Source: Candidatus Poseidoniaceae archaeon (GTDB taxonomy: Archaea > Thermoplasmatota > Poseidoniia > Poseidoniales > Poseidoniaceae). From it: 59,486 bases of DNA. A program made the position numbers and the translations under genes. The stretch spans positions 1 to 59,486 of the forward strand of contig CAXPMI010000002.1 in assembly GCA_964218365.1 (NCBI GenBank), read 5' to 3'. Below are positions 46,883 to 55,743 of the stretch, piece after piece; within the stretch, counting starts at the first letter, position 1, and the number at the start of each line of letters is the position of its first letter. The notes beneath the pieces are model-generated. The model saw nothing but the letters and a program-made list of their open reading frames with translations. It had not been told where the DNA came from and did not search any database.

Positions 46883-49159
46883 TCATTGTTGTTGAAAGCG
46901 TCGGTGTAATTCTATGTGAATATCCAAATCGTGTTTTGTTTCCAAAGGCACCATAGGAACTGAATCTTTGAACAGCCATCCTGCAAATGGGTGAGTTTTC
47001 CCTAATGATGGATGGATTCCTTGCTCTGAAGCAGTGATACCCATTAGTGAATCAATTAGGTAATCCTTACCTACACCATTCGGCATATGATGAACGAGTG
47101 CAAGGTCTTCAGAAGAAATATCCTTTTTGCTTAGTATAACTGGCCATGGAATTTCAAGAGAAGATAGTGCTGTTCTGCCAACTGAGGATGCCAAACAGTT
47201 CAAGAGCCAAGATTCTGATTTATCCTCCCAAAGCGAGTAATGAACATCTTCCATTATTGCAAGCATTTGCGTTCTGTCTACAACATTATCCTCTAGCAAT
47301 AACTTGTGTTGAGGACACGCTGATGCTATTCTAGCAATATCTCCCTCTCTCCAATTTTTCCTAATTACCTCACTAGCTCTCAGTGGTTGCTCAAGCCAAG
47401 TGTCAACAACATCAGGTATCTCTTCAATCCACTCACGACTCAGAAGAATTGCTGTTGCTACAGATGGCTTAGTAGTAATCCTAGCAAGACTTGACAAAGG
47501 GTGCTCTCTTAATCGGTCGATAAGAATCGATAGTGCGTGGTCATCATACATTGCTAGGTTGGAAAGGTCCTCATCGGCAAATGTGGTCAAATCAGCCAAA
47601 CTCGCCCACTTTGGATCTATCGAATCTCCAATTCTCCTCCATCTCGAAGGTTGCGAGTGTCCTGTTGTAGCAATCCAAGATGCGAGTGGATATTCGCGCT
47701 CATGCCTATCTGCCCAGACATCATCTCCTTCTGCCAATTGGCACGCTAACCACATTGCTTCTCTGGAATTTTCAGCATTTTTTACATTGGTTAAACTACC
47801 TCGGGTTAACTCATCAGGAGTTTTTGGGGCCTGCCAATTTGTAGGCATCATCGAATCGCGGGAAACCGTGATTGGAATATTGATTCGGCCCGGAATTTCA
47901 AGATTGAATTTACCCGGTGTGTCACTTGTAGTCAATCTCAATGAAATATCCAAACTAATATCATTGCTAATGATGACCCTACATCTCTGATCAGCACCTA
48001 ACCTATCCAAAGCTTCGACATACTTCCATCTCCAATCTAAGATAATTGGCGCATCGATTTCTTCAAGAGCAAACAATAAACATGCTTCACCTGCTCTTTG
48101 TGAGAGATGTCTCGTATCAATCAACGAACCTATTCCTTCTCCCCATTCTCTTCCGGGAAAATCGCTCAAAACCCTTCGCGTTAGCGCATTGCTTGACCTC
48201 GAATTAAGGTCCTCGATCAATCGTGTGAATTTCATATCTAGAGCTAGACTAGACATTCTAGGGTGAATTATTGAAAGCCAATATTTCAAAATTGCAAACG
48301 GTAGAGGTTTACTCTGAACTCCAATCAAGTTACCATCGATGATTGAAACCGCATTCTCAGCCATATTGGTAGCAACTATCGACCTGTCCAAACTACGACC
48401 TAAAACAGCTTGAATTGCGCCACGGGGCTTTACTGGTGGCCCTGAATTACCTGCCCTGCCAATTACTGAATCTCCATCCTGGAGAACTTGCGGTAAATCT
48501 GGCCAAAACCCCGAGGGTAATGGTGAGAACCAACTTCCCACGCTCACTGGCCAAGGATTCCCCTCATCTAGCAGCCTAGCACGAACTAAGCCCATCACCT
48601 TGGGCCTCTCCATCCATGCAGTGAGCGTGGTGGGACTAGATCGAGTTGGAGCAGATGTTCGTCTCAATGTTTCAATATCCCACCACACTGGTCCATCCCC
48701 TCTTTGAACAGCCCATCGCCATACTTCGGGCTCCCCATCATTTCCATTGGAGTTTAAGAGTACTCCACTTCCCTCATCCATAGGGCGATCTGGTATGCCT
48801 AAGAGAGGGCCAGCTGGCTGAGATGCGTAACCAAGTAACATCATTGGACCATCTCTTGCAAGTACGATTCCTGCAGCACCCGGAGGGGGTGGCCATTGTA
48901 CTAATTCCGTCATTCTTGCAATTCCATCTGACTCTAATCTAGCAAGACCTTGAGAGGATAAGCGGTATCTAGAGCCACGAATATTTGCTTCATCTCGTAT
49001 TACGTCACCTGATTCTCTAAGTTTCTTCAAGGCAGCTGAAGCGTGAGGCACTCTGATATTCAATGCAAGAGAAACCTCGGTTACCGTTCCACCGCCATCT
49101 GCCAACCAATCCAAAACTCTGCGTTGGTGTGTGGAACGAATACGGCTAGTTTGCACCAT
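46883..49159 (-). CDS. Large protein with N-terminal winged HTH (ArsR/MarR-like) and unknown C-terminal region
   Basis: QRRVLDWL..TVTEVSLALNIRVPHASAALKKLRESG.V..RYRLS. Confidence 0.75.
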   Translation of the reverse strand: MVQTSRIRSTHQRRVLDWLADGGGTVTEVSLALNIRVPHASAALKKLRESGDVIRDEANIRGSRYRLSSQGLARLESDGIARMTELVQWPPPPGAAGIVLARDGPMMLLGYASQPAGPLLGIPDRPMDEGSGVLLNSNGNDGEPEVWRWAVQRGDGPVWWDIETLRRTSAPTRSSPTTLTAWMERPKVMGLVRARLLDEGNPWPVSVGSWFSPLPSGFWPDLPQVLQDGDSVIGRAGNSGPPVKPRGAIQAVLGRSLDRSIVATNMAENAVSIIDGNLIGVQSKPLPFAILKYWLSIIHPRMSSLALDMKFTRLIEDLNSRSSNALTRRVLSDFPGREWGEGIGSLIDTRHLSQRAGEACLLFALEEIDAPIILDWRWKYVEALDRLGADQRCRVIISNDISLDISLRLTTSDTPGKFNLEIPGRINIPITVSRDSMMPTNWQAPKTPDELTRGSLTNVKNAENSREAMWLACQLAEGDDVWADRHEREYPLASWIATTGHSQPSRWRRIGDSIDPKWASLADLTTFADEDLSNLAMYDDHALSILIDRLREHPLSSLARITTKPSVATAILLSREWIEEIPDVVDTWLEQPLRASEVIRKNWREGDIARIASACPQHKLLLEDNVVDRTQMLAIMEDVHYSLWEDKSESWLLNCLASSVGRTALSSLEIPWPVILSKKDISSEDLALVHHMPNGVGKDYLIDSLMGITASEQGIHPSLGKTHPFAGWLFKDSVPMVPLETKHDLDIHIELHRRFQQQ

Positions 49160-49240
49160 TGTCACCAAAATATCCCGATATTCGTAAACATATCAATTTT
49201 TTCACTTACAAAGAAATAATTAGTTACATTTTGTTACACA

Positions 49241-49254
49241 TTTCCACTGGAGAA
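49241..49254. promoter_or_regulatory. Single ORB-like box in an AT-rich divergent intergenic region
   Basis: TTTCCACTGGAGAA resembles the Orc1/Cdc6 ORB core TTCCA.TGGAAA. Confidence 0.3.
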
Positions 49255-49430
49255 TGGTTTAATAGCACCCAGTTTAACAATGAAACCACTTTTTTGACAA
49301 AATTTCACGGTAGTTAGTGTAACTTCAACAGTGATGTTGGAGGAACGGTTATATGGGCTGCTTCGCTCCTCTTGTACAACGGCCCAAACTCTTGACGGAA
49401 AACGGCCGCATGACAAGGAGGAGAATGCAG

Positions 49431-49757
49431 ATGAAAACAGTAAGAATACGTGAAAAAATCAAGAAGTTCCTGGGCGACCGCCCACGCAACACAGCTGAAA
49501 TCTTGGAGCACATCAACAGCACCATGAGACATGGCACCACTAGTCAGCAACTCGGAAACGTCCTATCAAAAGACAAGGACATTGTCAAGGTTGGATACAT
49601 CAAGCGCTCCGGCATTCTCTCAGGCGGATACGACATTTGCGAATGGGCCACAAGAACATGGGTCTCTGACAACTGCCCAGGTTGGGAAGAAGGACAGCCT
49701 CTAATCATCGATTCAGAAGGAAACGTCCAGACTAACGACCTGATCAGAAGAAGCTGA
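49431..49757 (+). CDS. Small basic HTH-like protein (DUF3860-like)
   Basis: MKTVRIREKIKKFL..RNTAEILEHIN..HGTTSQQLGNVLSKD; AGGAGG SD upstream; family name from recall. Confidence 0.75.
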   Translation: MKTVRIREKIKKFLGDRPRNTAEILEHINSTMRHGTTSQQLGNVLSKDKDIVKVGYIKRSGILSGGYDICEWATRTWVSDNCPGWEEGQPLIIDSEGNVQTNDLIRRS

Positions 49758-49780
49758 TTTGCATGCGTTGGGTTCAATGG

Positions 49781-49861
49781 ATGACAGATGCTACCGTTTG
49801 CATGTTCTGTGGAGGCCTCGTAGTAGGTAGCCTTTGTACAGAATGTGGAATGGTACAATGA
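49781..49861 (+). CDS. 26-aa zinc-finger microprotein (CxxCG-x7-CxxCG)
   Basis: MTDATVCMFCGGLVVGSLCTECGMVQ*; below the ORF-track cutoff; alternative in-frame ATG at 49763. Confidence 0.55.
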   Translation: MTDATVCMFCGGLVVGSLCTECGMVQ

Positions 49862-49971
49862 ATCTAGCCCAAACAAATCCACTTTGATTTTTATTCGATA
49901 CGGAACAAACATCGATTTTTAGTTAGAACTAACCATGGTGGACAAGACTGTTACTACAATCAATCTAAGAA

Positions 49972-50901
49972 TCACTGACCGTTGTAAATCGCCAGAGCTT
50001 CTTCAAGTCCTACACCATCACAAATGACCGCCTTACATGCTGCTGTCATTCTAACCGCTTCTTCTGTCGTCTTTTGATGGATGTTTCTTCCGGTTGCAGC
50101 ACCTCTACATCCGGATACTTGCATTTGGTCAACCAAACGTCCCAAGAATTCTCGAGGAGGAAGTGAGCCTCCTCCTGAGCAAATAATTCCACAGCGGCCT
50201 GCCGCTTCTGCAGCAATCCCAAGACTTTCTGGTTGAGTCATACCCTCGAATGCCCTTGGATAGTTGACTTTAGCAAAGTCGGCACCAATACATGCGGCAA
50301 CACCCGCTGCCCCTGAGATCAGTTGCGGGTCTTTCTCGTCAGTAACCGCTTGTCCTCTTGGGTACATCCAGACAACTGCAATCATTCCAAGTTCGTGTGC
50401 TTGACGAATGAAGGTTGCTGCTTCGGTAAGCATTTCATGTTCATACTCTGAACCGATGTAGACAGTATAGCCTATACCAACTACATTGATACCATTGTGA
50501 AGCAAAGCGGAAACGTCATCCAAATCCCATAGTGCCTGAGAGACTGGGTCTCTTTGTGCAGTCTTTACCATGTGCGACTTAGAATTCAGCTTGACCAAAT
50601 AAGGAATGTCTGGATAGTCCCGAGCGTATTGTGCGATTAAACCAAGTTGACCTGCTAGCACTCCAATAGTTCCCTGTTCATGCGCTCTTGCACCTATCTC
50701 GAATAGGTGGCCAGGGTCATTAGAAGAGAGAGGAATGTCTTTTCCACCATCGTAGAAATCATCATTCAGGTGCTCAATTTTCTGGTCGCACGCGAATAGG
50801 TTCATCTTGCCTGTTCCGCAAGTTGCTGCATCCATGTTGTCGATGAAAGTCTCGATAAGTTCGTCAGGAACGTCTGCTGGGACAGGATATTTGGTCGCCA
50901 T
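49972..50901 (-). CDS. Class I (DhnA/FbaB-type) fructose-bisphosphate aldolase
   Basis: ACDQKIEH, LVKLNSKS, YTVYIGSEYE, WMYPRG, GADFAKVNYP (Schiff-base Lys), ATGRNIHQ. Confidence 0.88.
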   Translation of the reverse strand: MATKYPVPADVPDELIETFIDNMDAATCGTGKMNLFACDQKIEHLNDDFYDGGKDIPLSSNDPGHLFEIGARAHEQGTIGVLAGQLGLIAQYARDYPDIPYLVKLNSKSHMVKTAQRDPVSQALWDLDDVSALLHNGINVVGIGYTVYIGSEYEHEMLTEAATFIRQAHELGMIAVVWMYPRGQAVTDEKDPQLISGAAGVAACIGADFAKVNYPRAFEGMTQPESLGIAAEAAGRCGIICSGGGSLPPREFLGRLVDQMQVSGCRGAATGRNIHQKTTEEAVRMTAACKAVICDGVGLEEALAIYNGQ

Positions 50902-51005
50902 TAAATCGTCCACTTTCCTTTAGGACTTCAAAACATCGTTCGCTAATTGTACCCAAAACACTCAGTTTGGCAAAAACCAAGTGGATATATCTGCAAATTG
51001 CGAGT

Positions 51006-51869
51006 TCACTGACCTTCGAATGAAGGTACTCTCTTCTCGACATATGCTGCGATTCCTTCCTTGGCATCGCTACTGCCGAATAGAGCAGCCTGAAGTTCAC
51101 GCTCGAGAGCCAAGTGGTACTCGAATGGAATCTCAGGTCCAGTCTGGCAAGAACGCTTGATGTTTCCAACAGCCTTTGTTGCCTTGTTTGGTAGAGTGAA
51201 TTGGCTAGCCCAATCTAGAACGTCACGGCGGAAGTCATCTGCGTCGCCTTCCCAAATGTGGTTGATTAAGTTGCAATCTAGTGCATCTTCGAATGACATC
51301 AATTCACCAGTAACCATCATCTCAAGCGCCTTTGCCTTTCCGATTAGGCGAGTTAGGCGAGCTGTTCCACCAGTACCTGCTAGAACACCTAGGTTGATTT
51401 CAGGAAGACCGACCTTTCCGGAGTTCTTTCTTGCGATTCTAATGTCAGCAGCCATTGCGATTTCTAGACCGCCGCCAACAGCGTGTCCGTTCATTGCACA
51501 AATTACCAACTTGGTAGTCTGCTCGAAGCGAGAAAGTGTCTCATTAGCGTGAAGACAGAAGTTGTACTTGAATCCAGGAGAAACGCTGTTCAGCATCTGA
51601 ATGGATGCACCTGCAGAGAAGAACTTGGAACCGTGACCGGTGATCACGATTACAGTTACATCATCATCGAAACGTGCCTTGATAATTGCAGAATCGATAT
51701 CTCTCATCATTTCGTGAGTGTAGGTGTTTGGACCCATTGCATCTCCTTCCAGAGGAGCACCTGCTGAGTCAGAAGCTAGTTCAATGACTGCGATACCATT
51801 GTCTGTGGTTCCGTAGTTGACTAGACGGTTTGGCATTGGTTCTAATTTGAGTCCGTATAGGTCGCTCAT
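51006..51869 (-). CDS. Crotonase-family enzyme, half-size BoxC-like
   Basis: FFSAGASIQML..KYNFCLHANET resembles the BoxC N-terminal segment; GHAVGGGLE and GLPEINLGV crotonase motifs. Confidence 0.75.
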   Translation of the reverse strand: MSDLYGLKLEPMPNRLVNYGTTDNGIAVIELASDSAGAPLEGDAMGPNTYTHEMMRDIDSAIIKARFDDDVTVIVITGHGSKFFSAGASIQMLNSVSPGFKYNFCLHANETLSRFEQTTKLVICAMNGHAVGGGLEIAMAADIRIARKNSGKVGLPEINLGVLAGTGGTARLTRLIGKAKALEMMVTGELMSFEDALDCNLINHIWEGDADDFRRDVLDWASQFTLPNKATKAVGNIKRSCQTGPEIPFEYHLALERELQAALFGSSDAKEGIAAYVEKRVPSFEGQ

Positions 51870-51899
51870 GGTTCACTCCAAACGGGTCCGCTTAATGAG

Positions 51900-53132
51900 T
51901 CAATCGCTGCTCTCGCTGAACGAAGTCTTTCCACCGGAGCGACGAATTTTGTCCCACCTATCCGCAACAGATTTCGCTTCATCGGACATCTCCCAGAGGT
52001 CCCTTTTCTTCGCCTTTCTGAATGGAAGACGCCTAACTCCTCTACCCATTGCCTTAGGGTCCGATTTCAGCATGAATGGATTGACAAGTACATAGAGCAG
52101 AGATTTGTACCACTTGGGGCGGAATAATTTACCAATCCAAACTAGGCCATCATCACGCTTCTTCTGGTCCTTCATCCATGCTTTACACATGTACTTGAAA
52201 GTGCGATTGCCTACTCTATTCATCAAAAATCGATTAGCAACGGAAGTTTTCACGTATGGCATCAATTGCTTTCGAACTTCGTTTTCATAATTGCAGTTTC
52301 CAAGAATATCTTGTGCTGCAAGGTATCCAGACCAAACCGCCATCCTCATTCCGAAGCCCCACATGAAGTCTTGCAGGCCACCTGACTCACCGACGTAATA
52401 TCTTCCGTCTTGGAAGTAATTCTTGTTTATTGTAAAGTCTCCTTTACCCCCCACTCTCTTGATTGGTTCCATATCGATATCAGGATAGTACTTCTGATAC
52501 CACGCTATTGTCTCGTTTAGGAACCTATCTGTTCCTCTTTGCTTTCTCCACAAACAGGTACAAATCAAACCGACTCCATCGATGATTATCAGGTAAGAAT
52601 ACGAGCCAGGAGCCAATTTATCATTCATTTGAAAGGCGATGTGATTTGGATGCTTGGTCTTGAATATTTCTCCATAAGCAACTGCACTTGTACCCTTGGG
52701 ACCACAAGCGATAATCTGACAGTCTTCTTCCTTGACTTTGCTCTTGTAGTGAAGATTTGCGCCAGCTGCAATAGCCATTCGCTTGAAACCTTGGTCGATT
52801 GTGTGTTCAGAAGTCCCCCTCTCTACAATTCTGTAAGCGACCTTTGGAGAGTAAGTTTTGCTGATTTCATCATCGGGGTGAATCAGGTCTACTTCCTTGA
52901 ATTCTGTTGCTTTAAATTCGCTTGGATCGTATCCCCATTCTGTTAACTGGTCGAAAAAATCCTCATCCATAGACCAGTTTTCCAATGCTTGGAAATCTCC
53001 ATCAAAGCGTTGACCTGAGTCCTCTCTAACATCATGAACATGAACTTCAATCCCTGCTTTAGCAAGGGTAGTTGCAGCAGCCAAACCAGACAAACCCGCG
53101 CCCATGATGTGGATGGGGCCTGCCTGTGCCAT
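51900..53132 (-). CDS. FAD-dependent oxidoreductase (geranylgeranyl-reductase-like)
   Basis: IMGAGLSGL dinucleotide motif, PGSYSY, YVGESGGLQD..GFGM. Confidence 0.8.
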   Translation of the reverse strand: MAQAGPIHIMGAGLSGLAAATTLAKAGIEVHVHDVREDSGQRFDGDFQALENWSMDEDFFDQLTEWGYDPSEFKATEFKEVDLIHPDDEISKTYSPKVAYRIVERGTSEHTIDQGFKRMAIAAGANLHYKSKVKEEDCQIIACGPKGTSAVAYGEIFKTKHPNHIAFQMNDKLAPGSYSYLIIIDGVGLICTCLWRKQRGTDRFLNETIAWYQKYYPDIDMEPIKRVGGKGDFTINKNYFQDGRYYVGESGGLQDFMWGFGMRMAVWSGYLAAQDILGNCNYENEVRKQLMPYVKTSVANRFLMNRVGNRTFKYMCKAWMKDQKKRDDGLVWIGKLFRPKWYKSLLYVLVNPFMLKSDPKAMGRGVRRLPFRKAKKRDLWEMSDEAKSVADRWDKIRRSGGKTSFSESSD

Positions 53133-53184
53133 GATATCCCATGACTGTGGATGGTTTCAAGGATGCGGCGCACATCGCAGCAAC

Positions 53185-53610
53185 ATGCAGGAGCACATCT
53201 TCATTCAAGAAGCTCCTGAATCACTAGACGTTGATGCGCTCAGAACTATGTTGCATACAGAGGGCTGTGGTGCAATTGTTTCTTTCATTGGAATCACTAG
53301 AGGAATGGACGCCGGAGAAGAAGTCCTTAGTTTGGAATTCGATGCATGGCAAGAAAAATTGTCAGAAACACTGCACGGTCTAGCGGAAAATGCGATGTCA
53401 CAGTTCGGCCTACATTCCATTGCCATGGCCCATCGCACAGGTTCCGTTGGACCTGGTGAAAACATAGTTGCAATTCATGTTGCAAGCCCACACAGGAAGG
53501 AAGCCTTTGAAGGATGCTCGTGGTTGATTGATGAGTTGAAAAGGCAAGCACCATTGTGGAAGAAAGAAGTCAAACCAAGTGGAGAGACTTGGAAAGCAGG
53601 ATTGGGGTGA
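53185..53610 (+). CDS. moaE: Molybdopterin synthase catalytic subunit
   Basis: GAIVSFIGITR, HRTG...GE, SPHRKEAF, LKRQAPLWKKE. Confidence 0.92.
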   Translation: MQEHIFIQEAPESLDVDALRTMLHTEGCGAIVSFIGITRGMDAGEEVLSLEFDAWQEKLSETLHGLAENAMSQFGLHSIAMAHRTGSVGPGENIVAIHVASPHRKEAFEGCSWLIDELKRQAPLWKKEVKPSGETWKAGLG

Positions 53611-53614
53611 TGGA

Positions 53615-54064
53615 ATGGAAAAAAGCATACAGGGAGTTGTAGACATATCGGCTAAACCAGTCGTACAAAGAAGAGCCATAGCAACAGGATTAGTACACTT
53701 ATCTGAATCCTCAAAGGAAGCAATAATTACTGGCTCTGTAAGGAAAGGAGATGTTTTGGAGGCATCTACAATCGCCGCAATTCAAGCGGTTAAGGAAACA
53801 CCTAGAATCATACCTCATTGCCATCCAATCCCTCTCGAGGGTTGCAAAGTCGACTGGGCTTGGGAAGGAAATTCGCTAAGGTGTACAGTTGAAGTCAATG
53901 CCCATTACAAAACAGGAATTGAGATGGAAGCGTTAACCGGAGTATCTGCAGGCCTTCTATGCGCTCTTGACATGGTAAAATCACTTGAAAAAGACGCTAA
54001 CGGCCAATATCCTGAAACGAAAATCACAGACATAGTTGTCTTAGAAAAACACAAGTCGGATTAA
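53615..54064 (+). CDS. moaC: Cyclic pyranopterin monophosphate synthase
   Basis: VDISAK, KGDVL, IPHCHPIPL, TGIEMEALT, DMVKS. Confidence 0.92.
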   Translation: MEKSIQGVVDISAKPVVQRRAIATGLVHLSESSKEAIITGSVRKGDVLEASTIAAIQAVKETPRIIPHCHPIPLEGCKVDWAWEGNSLRCTVEVNAHYKTGIEMEALTGVSAGLLCALDMVKSLEKDANGQYPETKITDIVVLEKHKSD

Positions 54065-54102
54065 GCGCTTTATTGATGGAGGGGTTACTTATCGCAGACA
54101 AC

Positions 54103-55056
54103 ATGGCGAGAACCGCTGACCTAGCACATCACTTTTTGGAAGCGGTAGACCAAGCGGCAATTGCAAGTGCTGAATGGCGTGGACTGGGTGACAAAAACGC
54201 TGCAGATGCCGCTGCTGTTGAAGCAATGCGAAAAACATTCGACAAAGTGCCATTTGATGGAAGAGTTGCAATCGGGGAAGGTGAAAGAGACGATGCACCA
54301 ATGCTATTCATTGGAGAAGAACTCGGAAACCAAATTGGTGTAGAGGGAGCACTTCAAATCGACATAGCGGTAGACCCGCTTGAGTGTACCAACAATTGTG
54401 CAGATAATACTCCTAATTCGATCGCTGTTCTTGCTGCAGCACCAAGAGGAACCCTGCTTCATGCTCCAGATTGTTACATGGACAAAATCGCTGCTGGGCC
54501 AGAACTTGCAGGTCATATCAGTCTAGATGGTGGAGTGACCTACAACCTTGAGCAAGCTGCAGATGTCTTGGACAAGCCAATGTCAGAAGTCAAGGTTGTT
54601 GCCCTTGACAGAGAAAGGCACGCTGATTTGTTCAAAGAAGTAAGGGAAGCTGGAGCACAACTTCATTTGATGGGAGATGGAGATGTTTCTGCAGCAATTT
54701 GGGCAGCAAGGCCTGATGGCCCCTACGACATGCTGTTAGGAATCGGTGCTGCACCAGAGGGAGTAATTACAGCGACTGCAATAAGAGGCATTGGTGGCGT
54801 TTTCGAAGGAAGGCTAGTATTCCGTTCAGATGAAGAAGAAAAGAGAGCAGAAAAGATGGTCGATGATGACTTGACCAGACTTTGGGATGCAACAGACCTT
54901 TGCCGCTCAGATGATGCTATCTTTGCTGCATCCGGAGTCTGTGACGGATATCTTCCAGGAGTTATCGTAAACGAAGACAGCGTGCAAACATTTGCGGAGT
55001 TAATCGACGTACAAACTGGAAAGGTTACTCGTCATGACCGAACCCATTCATTGTGA
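54103..55056 (+). CDS. glpX: Class II fructose-1,6-bisphosphatase
   Basis: GDKNAADAAAV.AMR, IGEGERDDAPML, DIAVDPLE, APDCYMDK, GDGDV, GAAPEGV. Confidence 0.92.
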   Translation: MARTADLAHHFLEAVDQAAIASAEWRGLGDKNAADAAAVEAMRKTFDKVPFDGRVAIGEGERDDAPMLFIGEELGNQIGVEGALQIDIAVDPLECTNNCADNTPNSIAVLAAAPRGTLLHAPDCYMDKIAAGPELAGHISLDGGVTYNLEQAADVLDKPMSEVKVVALDRERHADLFKEVREAGAQLHLMGDGDVSAAIWAARPDGPYDMLLGIGAAPEGVITATAIRGIGGVFEGRLVFRSDEEEKRAEKMVDDDLTRLWDATDLCRSDDAIFAASGVCDGYLPGVIVNEDSVQTFAELIDVQTGKVTRHDRTHSL

Positions 55057-55060
55057 TAGC

Positions 55061-55684
55061 ATGGTGAACCAATTAAGAATCGAGGTTCGCCTACCCGAGG
55101 GACATTGGTCCGGAGATGTATCTAGACAACGTCCTGAAGCAGTATTACGAATCGAAGAAACGATGCCACTAGGAAGGGGCAGAGGTACTGCGAAAATGTC
55201 TTCTTCTTGTGAATTAAAAGAGGAACTGATTGCACACCAAGGCGTGGATGAAGTAAGAGACCTCGGAGGCAATCGCTACGAAGTTGATATTGCTCCCAAA
55301 GGGGGCGGATACATCAAAGAGATTAGAGAAGCTGGTGTAATACCACAATCACCGTTCGAAGTAAGAGACGGTTGGGTAGATTGGACAATTGAATGCTCAG
55401 CACAAAAAAGCAGAGAATTAGTTCAACTTTTGAGGGAAGAAGGGACTCCATACAGAGTGGTCTCAACCAGAGCAACTGGTTCCAGAATGCTTACGCCAAA
55501 GCAAAGACTGATTTTTGATTCGGCTCTAAATGAGGGGTACTGGGATACACCGAGACGGATCACCCTCAGTGATTTGGCTGAACTTCTAGGATTGAGCAAA
55601 TCCACCTTATCTGTACACCTTCACAAAATCGAGGGAATCGTTCTAAACGTGTTCGCAGAAGAGGTGCGTCGGAACTCACCCTGA
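55061..55684 (+). CDS. Bat/HTH_10-family transcriptional regulator
   Basis: C-terminal LTPKQR...ALNEGYWDTPRRITLSDLAELLGLSKSTLSVHLHKIE signature. Confidence 0.88.
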   Translation: MVNQLRIEVRLPEGHWSGDVSRQRPEAVLRIEETMPLGRGRGTAKMSSSCELKEELIAHQGVDEVRDLGGNRYEVDIAPKGGGYIKEIREAGVIPQSPFEVRDGWVDWTIECSAQKSRELVQLLREEGTPYRVVSTRATGSRMLTPKQRLIFDSALNEGYWDTPRRITLSDLAELLGLSKSTLSVHLHKIEGIVLNVFAEEVRRNSP

Positions 55685-55720
55685 ACATGTTCGCACGAAC
55701 ATGTTCGCAAATTCATGAAT
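55683..55720. promoter_or_regulatory. Tandem palindromic operator upstream of boxB-like gene
   Basis: GAACATGTTCGCA at 55683 and 55697 (14-bp period), then palindrome ATTCATGAAT. Confidence 0.6.
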
Positions 55721-55743
55721 AGTAGGAGCCCTTTCCCCGTACC

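Noticed and set aside
49544-49912. 122-aa minus-strand ORF
   Set aside because: Antisense to the DUF3860-like gene and the zinc-finger microprotein; no motif
55683-55709. Resemblance of GAACATGTTC to a LexA (GAAC-N4-GTTC) box or p53 half-site
   Set aside because: Spacer is N2, not N4, and neither factor fits an archaeal context; the adjacent HTH_10 protein is the simpler candidate
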